From: Ruditapes philippinarum
Lineage: Eukaryota
DNA length: 64,000 nt
NCBI RefSeq assembly: GCF_026571515.1
Contig: NW_026859222.1
Coordinates: 124,001-188,000, forward strand
Reading direction: 5' to 3'
Part shown: positions 28,325 through 41,080 of the stretch, one piece after another
Numbering within the stretch: the stretch's first letter is position 1
Layout of the letters: each line of letters begins with the position of its first letter
Translations under genes and position numbers: made by a program
The notes under the pieces: generated by a model
What the model was told of the DNA's origin: nothing
The model's database searches: none
The model's input: the letters and a program-made list of their open reading frames with translations, nothing else

Positions 28325-30198
28325 AACAAGATATGTTTGTAAAACATGTATGCCCCCTATCGGCAGCCAATTTGTCGTGTGATCAGGTTATTATGCATGA
28401 CTTCTGACCCAGTGAACAAGCAATTAATAAGGGTTATCTAGTATCTATTGGTCATGACTAGTCACAAGGTAATAATTATTGTGACCCCATAGGTTGTGTG
28501 CAGCAATTAAAGTTATTAAAAATCTTACCAAATAATATATACATAAATTTTATGAATCACATAGGCCTCATTAATGACAGCCAAGTTGTTATATTACATA
28601 AGACCTTCAAATGTGTATACTAAAAGCACATAAAAATATCAACCAAGGCAACTTGAGTTTTTGAGTTATTGGTCAGAAACGGTCATTAAGTACAAGGTCA
28701 CTATGACATTGACCGCTTGACCCCAAAATCAATAGGGGTCATCTACTGGTCATGATCAATCATCATACCAAGTTTGAAGTTCCTAGGCCTAAGGGTTCTT
28801 TAGTTATTGATCCGAAACCGTTTTTACCTACAAGGTCAATGTGACCTTGACCTTTGACCCCTTGACCCCTAAATCAATAGGGGTCATCTGCTGGTCATGA
28901 ATAATCATCATACCAAGTTTGAAGTTCCTAGGCCTAAGCGTTCTTTAGTTATTGATCGGAAACCGTTTTTACCTACAAGGTCAATGTGACCTTGACCTTT
29001 GACACTTTGACCCAAAAATCAATAGGGGTCATCTGCTGGTCATAACCAATCATCATACCAAGTTTGAAGTACCTAGGCCTAAGCCTTTTTTAGTTATTGA
29101 TCGGAAACCGTTTTTACCTAAAAGGTCAATGTGACCTTGACCTTTGACCCCAAAATCAATAGGGGTCATCTGCTGGTCATGACCAATCATCATACCAAGT
29201 TTGAAATTCCTAGGCCTAAGCGTTCTTTAGTTATTGATCAGAAACCGTTTTTACCTACAAGGTCAATGTGACCTTGACCTTTGACCCCTTGACCCCAATA
29301 TCAATAGGGGTCATCTGCTGGTCATGACCAATCATCTTACCAAGTTTGAAGTCTCTAGGCCTAAGGGTTCTTTAGTTATTGATCGGAAACCGTTTTTACC
29401 TACAAGGTCAATGTGACCTTGACCTTTGACCCCTTGACCCCAATATCAATAGGGGTCATCTGCTGGTCATGACCAATCATCTTACCAAGTTTGAAGTCTA
29501 TAGGCCTAAGGGTTCTTCAATAATTGATCGGAAACCGTTTTTACCTACAAGGTCAATGTGACCTTGACCTTTGACCCCTTGACCCCAATATCAATAGGGG
29601 TCATCTGCTGGTCATGCCCAATCACCATATCAAGTTTGAAGATCCTAGGCCTAAGCGTTCTTTAGTTATTGATCGGAAACCGTTTTAACATACAAGGTCA
29701 ATGTGACCTTGACCTTTGACCCCAAAATCAATAGGGGTCATCTACTGGTCATGACCAATCACCATACCAAGTTTGAATGTCCTAGGCTTGAGGGTTCTTA
29801 AGTTATTGATCGGAAACTGTTTTTACCTACAAGGTCAATGTGACCTTGACCTTTGACCCCTTGACCCCAAAATCAATAGGGGTCATCTGCTGGTCATGGC
29901 CAATCACCATATCGAGTTTGAATATCCTAGGCCTAAGCGTTCTTTAGTTATTGATCGGAAACCGTTTTAACATACAAGGTCAATGTGACCTTGACCTTTG
30001 ACCCCTTGACCCCAAAATCAATAGGGGTTATCTACTGGTCATGACCAATCACCATACGAAGTTTGAAGTTCCTAGGCCTAAGGGTTCTTTAGTTATCACT
30101 CGGAAACCATTTGGTCTACGAACCGACGGACCGACGGAAGGGACGGGCCGACAAGTGCAAAGCAATATACCCCCTCTTCTTCGAAGTGGGGGCATAAT
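28325..30198 (-). mobile_element. HINE/DINE-1-like element with central satellite array
   Basis: Ends AACAAG..ATGCCCCC and GGGGGCATAA (subterminal IR), GACG microsatellite near 30120-30150, internal tandem array. Absent from the paralogous site at ~7838. Confidence 0.85.
28693..30110. repeat. Tandem array of ~10 units of 145 bp (137-138-bp variants)
   Basis: Unit starts at 28693, 28831, 28976, 29121, 29258, 29403, 29548, 29693, 29830, 29975. Core tgaccttgacctttgacc. Confidence 0.96.
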
Positions 30199-30889
30199 AA
30201 ATAATAAATCAATACATGATCGACATTGATTGCGACAAAATATTGTTAAAAAATTGTTTATAATCCAGATATCTCTGTATATTGTTAATTTACATTTCTT
30301 ACAAATCCTCTCGAAATTAGTAGCCTCAGTCAACATTTGATTTATCAAAGTGCTTTCTTTTATGTTTTGGATCAATTACCAGCGTATTTGCTTTTCAAAG
30401 TCCTGCTGCTTAAGCTGACTGTGAAAAAAACAACCTAAAAACACTTTCTCACTTAGTTATCTTTTGAAGGAATTATTCGTGTACACGAATAGCATGTAAA
30501 TTGTCATTTTGTTAATAAGAATAAATTTATTAAATTAAATAAGAATAATAAATCAGTAAAATATGAACTATGTTTCTGTTCATGTACTGCTATGTTAGAT
30601 GATTTCAGTACAGCCTTAAGTAAATAGCAGGAAAGCCAATGCAAATATTTTTGACAATAACTCACTAACAATGAATAATAAGTCTTTATTTTCATGAATT
30701 AATTTTATAACTGGCAACAATACTTTTTATAGAGGAAGACACCAATTCTGCTACAAAATGTACTTATCAAATTATCCCGGGAAGGTATGTGAACATTATA
30801 AATTTGTGAAAACGCATATAATAATACACATTTGATAATATTGCTCCGTTTGATTTTCTTATCCTTTTTGGCATCCAATCATCACCCAT

Positions 30890-31373
30890 ATCGTGGATTA
30901 TGTTCCTAGATTGATTCATTCAGGTTTAAACAGCTCTAGCTGCGTAACCATCTGGGACAAACAATCTTCATAGTTACTCAATTTTTTTTTTATTAACCAA
31001 TATTCATAACGCCAAACTTGCGTTACATAATATTATGTTGTGTTAATGAATCGATGTTACTGTCATTGAGTAAGATCATAAATTAACGGCTTAAGAAATA
31101 CAAATTAAGAGGGCCTGGCATATAAATAGCTGATTATATCTGACAAGTCATAAGGATACTTCTCAATTATGTAGACGTTGATCCTCAAGTCTGATTAAAG
31201 TAAAAAGGTGTTATTTTTAAACTTGTTCTCGTCACAGTCAGTCCTTTGAGAAAGTGGTTGAACTAACTAACTTACTAGAAGGATATGGTATATAGCTGTT
31301 TCGGGATTTAACGTTAATGGTTTTGCTAGTTTTTATTGTTATGTACAGATGACAAAGACATGTGTGCTCTTAA
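30890..31373 (+). pseudogene. Decayed paralog G6 with TM segment (copies ~8560-9040, ~39950-40390, ~46238-46645)
   Basis: FKLVLVT then LFRDLTLMVLLVFIVMYR*QRHVCS*. The 46.4-kb copy reads NICLL...KLNLRGPRILIADYI*Q...TQFCR (compare G1 LKLRGANIVRRYK). Confidence 0.45.
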
Positions 31374-31723
31374 CGTTTATGTATATTTAACTTCAATTGA
31401 GGACTTACAATATCTTCACGCAGAGTGATGTACTGCACTTGTTTTAATACTATTTTACTAATTAAATTGATTGATTGAAAAAGTTAAGATATTCTCCCAA
31501 GATAATTTTGATAACAAGAATATACATGAGGTCTATCATAGTTTGAAAGAAAAAAGAGAAAGAAATAAGATAATTGTTTACAAACTGAAGCCAGAAAAGT
31601 AAAGGGAATGGATAAAAATATTCAAGTTCATTATAAAGCAAAAAGTATTCACTTATTTATATGAACTTATTATTTATTTTTTATCAATTTGAATTATATT
31701 AATTAACTTATTTATTTATTTAT

Positions 31724-32961
31724 TTATTAGTCCCCTACCGGTTTACCGGAGGGGACTTTAGGTTTACCCTCCGTCCGTCTGTCCGTCTGTCTGTCTGTCT
31801 GTCCGTCTGTCCGTCCGTCAGTCCGTCCGTCCACAAAACTGGATCCCGCGATAACGCAAAAAGTACTGAAAATATTTTAATGGAACTTGATATATGGATA
31901 GATGGCGGTATGGAGATTATGCACGTCTTTTTCTTTTGTTCCTATGTTGAAAATTCCGGTTGCTATGGCAACAAATAGACTGAAAATATGGCAAATTTTA
32001 CACATAACCTGGATCCCGCGATAACGCAAAAAGTACTGAAAATATTTTTATGAAACTTGATATATGGATAGATGGCAGTATGGAGATTATGCACATCATT
32101 TTCTTTACTTCCTATGTTGAAAATTCTGGTTGCTATGGCAACAAATAGACTGAAAATATGGCAAATTTTACACATAACCTGGATCCAGTGATAACACAAA
32201 AAGTACTGAAAATATGTTTATGAAACTTGACATATGGGTAGATGGCAGTATGGAAATTATGCACATCCTTTTCTTATCTTCCTGTGTTGAAAATTCTGGT
32301 TGCTATGGCAACAAATAGACTGAATTTCAAGATTTCTGATTCTAGTTTTTTTAAAAGTTTTTTCACTATAAGTTCTTTATTTCTTAAGGTATTTTCTTCA
32401 AACTTTAAATAAAAGTTGCTTGTCATCAACCACATTATATGTGACAAGGTTTACATTTCTAGCACAAAATTTATCAGAATTACGTCCCTTGAACTTAAAA
32501 TTTTCATGAAAAAAACATTGTTTTTTTTTTGTTTTTTTTTTAATAACTTCTTTTTTTGAATGTATCTTCTTCAAACTTCATAAAAAGGTTTCTTATTATC
32601 ACTCAACATTTGTGAGTGTTCAATACTCTAGCAAGACTATTACCAGAATTTGAACTTTTGAACTTAGACTTTTTTTTTGAGAAATTGGTTATTTTTACTC
32701 CAACTTCTTCAATCATGATAGGATTTTAAAAATGTTATATTTTGATAACAGGGATGTTTAAAAAATAACTTTAGAGTGTCCTTCAGTCTGTCTGTCTGTA
32801 CATAAAATCTGTTTCCTGTGATTACTTTTAAATAACTTTTTTAACAAATTTACTTAAAATAGGAACTTAAGTGAATGGACAATGGCCCTTCAGAATGTTG
32901 CTTGGGCTCTTACCGGTAGGGGACTTATGGATTGCTTGCAATACTATGATAATTGCTTGTT
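31724..32961 (+). mobile_element. HINE/DINE-1-like element with 170-bp core repeats
   Basis: 5' AGTCCCCTACCGG with IR, (GTCC/GTCT)n microsatellite, ~3 x 170-bp repeats (31839, 32009, 32179), 3' CCGGTAGGGGACT, ends CTTGTT in T-rich DNA. Empty site ~9360. Confidence 0.88.
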
Positions 32962-35900
32962 TATTCAATTTTTGATTGTTTCTTGTAACTGATAGGGATT
33001 TCTCATGTATTATAAATTATTGCATGTTTGAATATACGCAAACATGTGTCCTTTACCCATATATCCAAACTATGTTTTCCGTGCAAAAAGTCGTGTTCCT
33101 ATATCGATTTACTATCTAGCTTGTCCAAACTTAGACTGGACAATGCTTTAATGGTGGTATTACATGGAAGCTTAATATAGAATGGCGGTATAAAATGTGA
33201 TTTCCTACAGGAAAAATACTAATTATGTCACTATAAGATTTATTCCCTTGTCGCAAATAAGGTAGAGGTTTCTTGTAAATATGGTTGTAAGAAAACAATG
33301 TTGTTTTTCATAGTTGTCATTTTAGATAGCTTGTGGAATAAATAATAAATAAAATAAATGAAAATAAAAATCACGAAATACGTTTGCTGATGACCGACAT
33401 AGAGCTTATTTATATTATTAAGACAAATTGAACAATAATTATTTACACAAAACATTAGACAATACTATGATGTACTTGAAGCAGGCCGAAATCGTCGTAG
33501 TGTGTCGCTGACGTTATGTAAATATCTGACTAGTACATTGACCACCTGCGGCCGCACGCGTTTTTATGTTTATTTACTTACGACGTCATTAAGACGACGC
33601 TGGACAGTGTAATACGAGGGTAAAAGTTTCTCTGCAATCGTAAACTATATGTCATATTCTAATAGTGTTTTACTACCGTTTGTTTCCAAGAATAACTTGC
33701 GATCTTGTCAGACACGAAATTTTGTCATCAAATCAACTCAATTTCATGTTATGACGATGATGTCGTGCGCCATTTTAAAGTCATGTCTATGAAACGCTAC
33801 TGCACAATAACCTTTCAACACAGCATCTTCATTTTTGTCATAAATGATGTCACAAAATCAGTTGCCCTCCAAAACAAATTTGCGCAAAATTTGACACAGC
33901 AAGAGCATTTTAAATGAACTAGAACATGTGAAAAAAACAAAAGTGCCCTTTAAAACACCCACAAAAATTTTTAATTTTTTATTCGTTTTAAAAATTTTAA
34001 AAAATTCTTTTGACCTCTCTTTATAAAAGGGAAAATATTTAAAAGTTTAGGGTTTCTGCATAGGAAATTTTTTCCCCATAATTTGAAAGTTTTAAAAAAT
34101 AAAAATTACTTTTCAGGGAAAGTTTTTCGAAAATCCAAAAATCAGCCCTTTATTCATTAAAAGACCTAAGACAAAAATCTTTTTTTACAAACAGTATAAA
34201 CCCCAAAAATACGGGAAAAAAAGGTTTTTTATGGTAGTTCTTTGATCAAGGACATTTTTTTTTTTGGAAAATTTAAATTTATGTAAGTATTTATTAAAAA
34301 AGGGAAAATTATTTTTTTTTGAAAAAAAAAAAGTAACCCCAAATACGGAATAAGATTTAAAATTTTAATACTAATCAAAAAAACAAATTCCCTATGATTT
34401 TCTTTTTAAAATTAAACTTGAATTAACCCATTTCATTCCGGGGGTAGTGTCTAATGACCTTTGATTGCTTTATTAAATCCCAAAATTTGTTTTAAACAGA
34501 AAATTGTGTCTTTAAATCGCCGCTTTGGTTGGGTATTTTCCCAAAAAAAGATCAAATTACAATTAGTGTCTTAGTCTTAGACAAAATAGAAAACGTTTTT
34601 GATAGGATTCTTATTATTTAAAAGTAAAAATAATTCTTATCCGCCATTTTTTGGCTTCATGTGACATTATAATCGGAACAATCTGTATTTTAATAAGAAG
34701 ACTTTATTTTTGGACTAAAGTAATTGGGAAAAACCTAAATATTTCATTTATTTAATTTACATTTTTTAATTATCCCTTCATTTAAGAAAATAGTAACAAG
34801 AAATATATTAACTCTGAAAATTGTTAGACGATTAGTATTTAAAAAAATTAAATTTGTGTTAACAGATAAAAAAAAATTGTGGAAAAAAATTAAAAACTCC
34901 CTGGCAGACATTTTAAAACCTAAAAAAACGTGTGAGGGCGAGGTTTTGACTTTTTTTTTGGGTAAAGGGTCCAGTCTTTTTTTTATCATATCAAATTCCA
35001 TGTCTGCTTGTCGGTATCTTTTAAAAACCGTAATAAAAAATTAAAACTTTTTGGCAGAAATTTTACAAATAACAGACGATGAAAAAATTATATCCTTTTT
35101 CTTTTTCTTTAAATTAGTAATAACGTTCCTAATTTTTTTAAGTGATTAAAAATCTTAATTTTTAAAAAAGTGTGTTAATAATGCCCCAAAGTTAGGGATG
35201 TTTTGAAATTGAAACTTCTTCGAAATAGTGTGTTCTTGGTATTTGGTTCGTCCTAATTCGGAAATAAAAGTACTTGTTATATGTCTGGGTACGACTCAGA
35301 GAAACATCCTCGAAAATGTAATATTCACATACCTTACACGATATATCCTCATTGAAGAAGAATACCACAGTTTAACTAAATAGATACTTTTTATTAGCTT
35401 TCCATGAACATAAAAAAAACAAAAAAGCAAACAAATTGCGCATTTTGTAATTTTTAGGGAAAAATCGTAAGTATTGGATGATTGCAGGCTATCATACGTT
35501 TATTTACGTAAGAAGATACTACACTCGATATAATATAATTTAGGAAACTAAAATTCTCTGTAGTCAATTCCAGGAAGCAATTCTAGTTCAAAGCAGATTT
35601 TCTATGACAAAAAGATACCGTCTTAATCAAACCTATGGAAATGAATTTTGCGAAATTTTTAAAATAATCAACATTTTCTTTTTTTTTTTTCGTTATTTAT
35701 TAATACGTTTTATTTTTCTGTTATTAAATCAGATAAAAAGCTGGTGTTAATAACGTCCATATTGTTGTTAAATTGAAACTTGTCTTAATATTTTATTGGT
35801 TTTGCTCTTAATTACATAAAAATACTTGTTAAACCGACATGATACATCAAGAAACAAAACCCTTAACGAATTCCCTTTCGAAGAAGTCAAAAATTTAAAA

Positions 35901-37635
35901 TTTACTTTTTATTTTCCAATAAACACAAATACAACAATTTCTAACCTTTGATAATTTCAGGAATCATGAAAGTGGAAAATAAGAGTTCATACGTTTATTT
36001 TTGTTAAGAATAACAAAATTGAAAAAAATAAGGGTAATTCTCTTCAAACTATAAATTTGAGTTTGAAAATATCGTAATTTTAGGTCCTATATATAATTTT
36101 CAATACCTAATTTCATTAGTGGAAAGTTCTTATAGATCTTAAAGCAACAGGCTTGAACACGATAAAAAAAAGAAACATAAAGAAAACATTGGAATTTATC
36201 AAAAATATGTTATAATAAAAATGAAAGTGTCAAAACTTTAATTGGAACGCATAAAGGTAAGATTACATACTTCTCGTAATTAAAGTCATAACTTTTACAT
36301 GGCTACATTATACAGGGAGTGACCCGTATCAATCTTAGACATGACGTAATGTTTATGGTATATATTAGAAACAGGGGTAAACTATGGAAGACCAATAAAG
36401 ATCTCTTTCTTCAGAACTGGGCATGGATACAGATACTTTTCTTTCAGAATTTATTATAAATTATAAATCTGTATTAAACGACCTCTGACACTGATTTTCG
36501 AATATTTAGATCTACACATTTTTCTTTACTATTCGTCTCTGTATTTATTATACTACGCATTTTATTTTTTGTTATGTAATAGATAACCGACTATATTATG
36601 CAATGATAAAAATATGATTTAAGTTGTTCTCTGAGATATAACATGCCGTTCATCATTGTAACATTGTATGTTTTATTTAAATAAAGTTTTTGCTCTTAAA
36701 TTTACATACATGCAAATCGAGCTGATATCAATAAACGAAACGAAACGATCTTTCGAAGAATTTCAATAAATTAAAAAAAAAATGATTGCTTTATTCTTCA
36801 TACAACTTTAACGCATAATACAACAAATCTAAACCTGTTGATAGTTATTATCATGATGCATTTCATTGATAAGGGAAATACAGAGTCAACCGATTTATTT
36901 TGTTAATTAACAACTATGAAAAAACATGAATGGTAATCTCAAACTGAAGAAGATATTAGATTAAATTATTTCATACATTTTATATGTTATATATTTTCAG
37001 AGCATTTTATTTGATGGCTATATTATATGTTCTTATTGGATCTTGAATTATTTATTTCATTTTATTAGATTAAAAATTTAAAACAAACTTACTTTTTTCA
37101 ATCAGTAAATCTGTTTTATAACTTAACTGTTAATTATTTTCATAAATAAGCGCCAAAATATCTCCGTGGCATATTTATGTCATACACCTTGTTCCCTGTC
37201 CGAATTCGGTTCCCATCATTAGAATATCGACTGGCTTATTCATTTATTTAATTTATCAAGTAAATAACATTAAATAATGATTTAAAACATTATATTCAAA
37301 AATGGCACTTCACTTCAATTAAAGATTTATCTTGACATGTTGTACATCAGAAAAGCTATTTTTATTAGAAAATTTGATAACAGTGTGATTTTAAAAAAAT
37401 ACACAAAAGCAAGACAAAAAGTTCTTCATTGCTGAAAAGACAAAAGCATATTTAATAGACACGCGTGCACGCGGGGTCTAATGAGGCCGAGTCATAATAA
37501 TTATATTCTAACATTGATTTTGATGTTATGGCCCATTTTTCTGTTAAAATGTCAAAGTTAATTACAAACATCAGGAATCTAAGAGCCTACTAACTTTCAT
37601 CACCGATACCTTGCAATTAATTTATCTATTATCTA

Positions 37636-39156
37636 AGAGGGGAAGTCAGAAAATATCCGGACCTTTGACTCGTTCTCGAAAACCATTCAACATTTAAAAA
37701 AAAAATCTGTCTACACTTTTTCAAAATATTCGCCACCTACGTCTACGCACTTTTGTCATCTTCGTGGGAGCTTTTGTATTTTCGCTTTGAACCATGACGT
37801 AGACCTATGTTTTAGGTACTGTGTAACAGCAGATATTAAAGCCGCCCTGGTCAGCAAGCAATTTTTTCAGTTCTGGAAACAAAAAGTCACAGGGGGCGAG
37901 GTCTGGGCTATAAGGAGGGTGATATTACAATTGCCATTTGTAAGAGTTGATAACCTCCACTGTAGCTGCGGCGGTATGGGAGGGGGGCGTTATCGTGAAA
38001 AAGGGACATTTTCCTGTGCTAACCTGGGAGGCATTTGCTTCAGCTTTTTCTGAGATTTTTCAGAATTACTTCAGAATAGTACTTGGCGGTGACAGTTTGA
38101 CTTTTTGGCATGAAATGAGTAAGTATCATTCCTCGTGAATCCCAAAAGGCAACAAGCATGACTTTGCCAGCCGAAGGAGACAACTTAAACGTTTTAGGAG
38201 GTGGGGAACCAGCTCGTTTCCACTGCTTTGACTGAGGTTTTGTCTCAGGTTCGGAATAATGAACCCACATCTCATCTCCAGTGATAATGCGGTTCAAAAA
38301 CTTATCTTCTTCACGATTAGAACGACTTAAATGTTCTTTTGCATTGGTTACTTTGGTTGCCTTTTGATCTGCTTTTTGTTTGTTTGTTTGAATCATTTTA
38401 CGCCTTTTCCCAACAGTATTTCAGTCATATAGGCGGGTAGTTTCCTAACCATCGTTCCTGGAGAGTTGCACCAGTACTAGACTACCTTCCTCCGTGCTAA
38501 ACTACCAAAGCATCTCCCAGGGATCGAACCCACGCCAGAGAGGTAACTAGATTAGAAGTCATCGACTCTAACCCCTCGACCACGGAGGCGTTTGATCTGC
38601 GGACAGCTGTCTAGGCACCCACCTGGCACTTACCTTGCTCATGCCTAGGTGTTCGTGTAAAATCTTGTGTGCCGATGCGTACCGCTTACCGATGCTAAGC
38701 TTGTTGGCTACCTCCTCCAAAGTTACTCGACGATTTTTGTTGACAAAAGCTTTAACATTTGCTACTATTGTTGGGGTCACCGCCTTAGCTGGCCACCCAG
38801 TCCTAGGCCTGCCACAAACACTTGTTCTGCCTTCACGAAACTGAGAAACCCAGCTGTAGAAGGTTGAAAGTGATACACATTTATCAGAAAATATTTTTTT
38901 ACGCCTCTGAAAGATGTGACAGGGCTTTTCACCTTCTGCAACCAGAAACGTTATTACAGAGCTTGTTCCTCTAACAAAGAGTCCATGATAGACGAAACAC
39001 CTATCATATATCAGAGGGCAAAATACTGTGTATACACAACTGTCACTGAAAATAAACAGACCACGTTATTGGCAAATGAATGTAGTTTTCACCAATATAT
39101 AATGTGTGTATATAGCTGCACGTGGAAAGAGAGGAGCATAAAAAGTCCGTCCCTCG
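37636..39156 (-). mobile_element. Mariner copy 2 (degenerate transposase 37711-38986, SINE inserted, right TIR internally deleted)
   Basis: Same family as copy 1, TA flanks (37634-35, 39157-58). Right TIR lacks gatattttctgacg. Empty sites in paralogs at ~17410 and ~45440. Confidence 0.95.
38373..38590 (-). mobile_element. tRNA-derived SINE (218 bp) nested in mariner
   Basis: Minus strand has A-box-like TGGTCGAGGGG, B-box GGTTCGATCCC and a (CAAA)n tail. Perfect 10-bp TSD tttgatctgc at 38363-38372 and 38591-38600. Absent from mariner copy 1. Confidence 0.93.
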
Positions 39157-40719
39157 TATATACATGCGATTTTAAATTTAAGAATATTGTTGTGACCTTA
39201 TTTCATGTCAAATGTCATAATCAATTAGAAAGTATTAGAAGTGTGAGTACCAGCTTAATTTCATCACAGACACCTTGCAATTAATTGACCGATATGTTTC
39301 CGTAAGTACTGGACATGATGTCTGGTGGCAGAGTATAATTGGGTGTTGGGATAATTTGTGTCTTGTGAACACTGGTAATTTAAATCCTTTTGCCTAACCC
39401 TAAGTTAATTGCGGGTAATAGAGACTCCGAGGCAAATATAAATTATGTGCGAAATATATGCTGACGTTTGCTTCCAGGGCAATGGAATGGAGTAAATTAT
39501 CATTGTGTGAACTGTCGGTTTGAAAATACGTCATAGACATAACGTCAATATCATTCTGAACATGCTGCTATATCCTAATTGTATATCAATTTTGTTTACA
39601 ATTTATAAATTTTCAACGACGCATTTAATATGTTTAGTTTATAGAGAAAATTGAATGAGTGTATGTTCAATACTGGATTAAATGCACAAGTGACGAAATG
39701 GTGCAAATTTTGCACACGTAAAGTTATTCGCCAGTATCAAATCAAATGATAATGTAGCTCATTTAGTTTAAAATTTTATATGATAAGCATTATATTATTA
39801 CACATTACATAGTTGTTTTGACTACTCCAGTGAGCGTATTTATTCAATATTTTTTTATTATTTGAAACGCAATGTATCCTTATCATATTAATATAAAATA
39901 GATAAATACAAGAATCCCTAAAGAAAGCCCAACCTAGGCCTTGTAAACAATGCGATTTGTTCATTTTGTGAAACATGCATCTTTAGACATTAATTTTGTA
40001 TTTAAAATAATTGTGTTGGGATTAATTTTTGGTGATATTGATAACAAATTTCAATACAAAATCACAAGAAAAATAAATTCACTAATAGCCAATCATATAC
40101 CAGATAATGTAAATATATGTCTTTTACTGCCATTGACTAAGTTCGTGAATCAACGGCTTTAGAAGCTGAAATTAAGAGGGCCTCGTATATAAATAGCTAA
40201 TTATATCTGACAAGTCATATGGATACTACTCAATTTTGTAGACGTTGATCCTCAAGTCTGATTATATAGTAAAAGAGTGTTATTTTTAAAGAAGGATATG
40301 GTATATAGCTGTTTTGTTATTTAACGTTTAACTTAATGTTTTGTTAGTTTTTATTTTTATGTACAGATGATAAGATGGGTGTGCTAACCGTTTATGTATA
40401 TTTGACTTCTATTGAGGACTGACAATAATTTCACACAGAGTGATATACTGCAACTGTTGTAATACTATTTTAGTAATTATATTGAGTGTGTGAAAACATT
40501 CTTTTTTGTACACATATGTTCATTAAGAAAGTTAGGATATACTCCCAAAATAATTTTGATAACAAGAATACACATGATGTCTATCATAGTTTGAAAGAAA
40601 AAAATATATAAGATAACTGTTTACAAACTTGAGCATAAAAAGTAAAAGAAATGGGCAAAGATATTCAAGTTCATGTTATTGCAAAAAGAAAAATTATTAA
40701 TTTTATTTATTTATTTATT

Positions 40720-41080
40720 TAATTTTTATTGTTATAAATTATCACTTTCTTGTAACTGATTTCTCATGTATCTTAAATTATTGCATGTTTAAACAGCTGA
40801 AAATATACGCAAACATGTGTTCTATTTTTCCATATATCCAAACTATGCTTTCCGTGCAAAGAGTCATGTTCCTTTATCTAATTATTACATAACAATATTT
40901 ACAAGAACCCTCTCCCTAATTTGCGACAAGGGAATAAATACAATAGAGACATTTTGTATTTTTCCTGTAGGAAATCACATTTTTTATACCGCCATTCTAT
41001 GATTAAGCTTGCATGCAATGCCACCATTAAAGCATTGTCCAGTCTAAGTTTGGACAAGCTTATAAAGCCGATATAAGAAA
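40720..41080 (+). pseudogene. Decayed paralog G7 (partial copies 13010-13200, 46903-47110; internally inverted at 9350-9720 and 32965-33290)
   Basis: ORF 40817-41002 contains LICDKGINTIETFCIFPVGNHIFYTAI, matching the family xC...FC...(I/L)xY spacing. Confidence 0.4.

Noticed and set aside
28693-30110. CRISPR-like array
   Set aside because: Units are contiguous with no unique spacers, there are no cas genes, and the array lies inside a eukaryotic HINE element.
38500-38590. tRNA gene
   Set aside because: No complete cloverleaf; it is the head of a SINE with tail and TSD.
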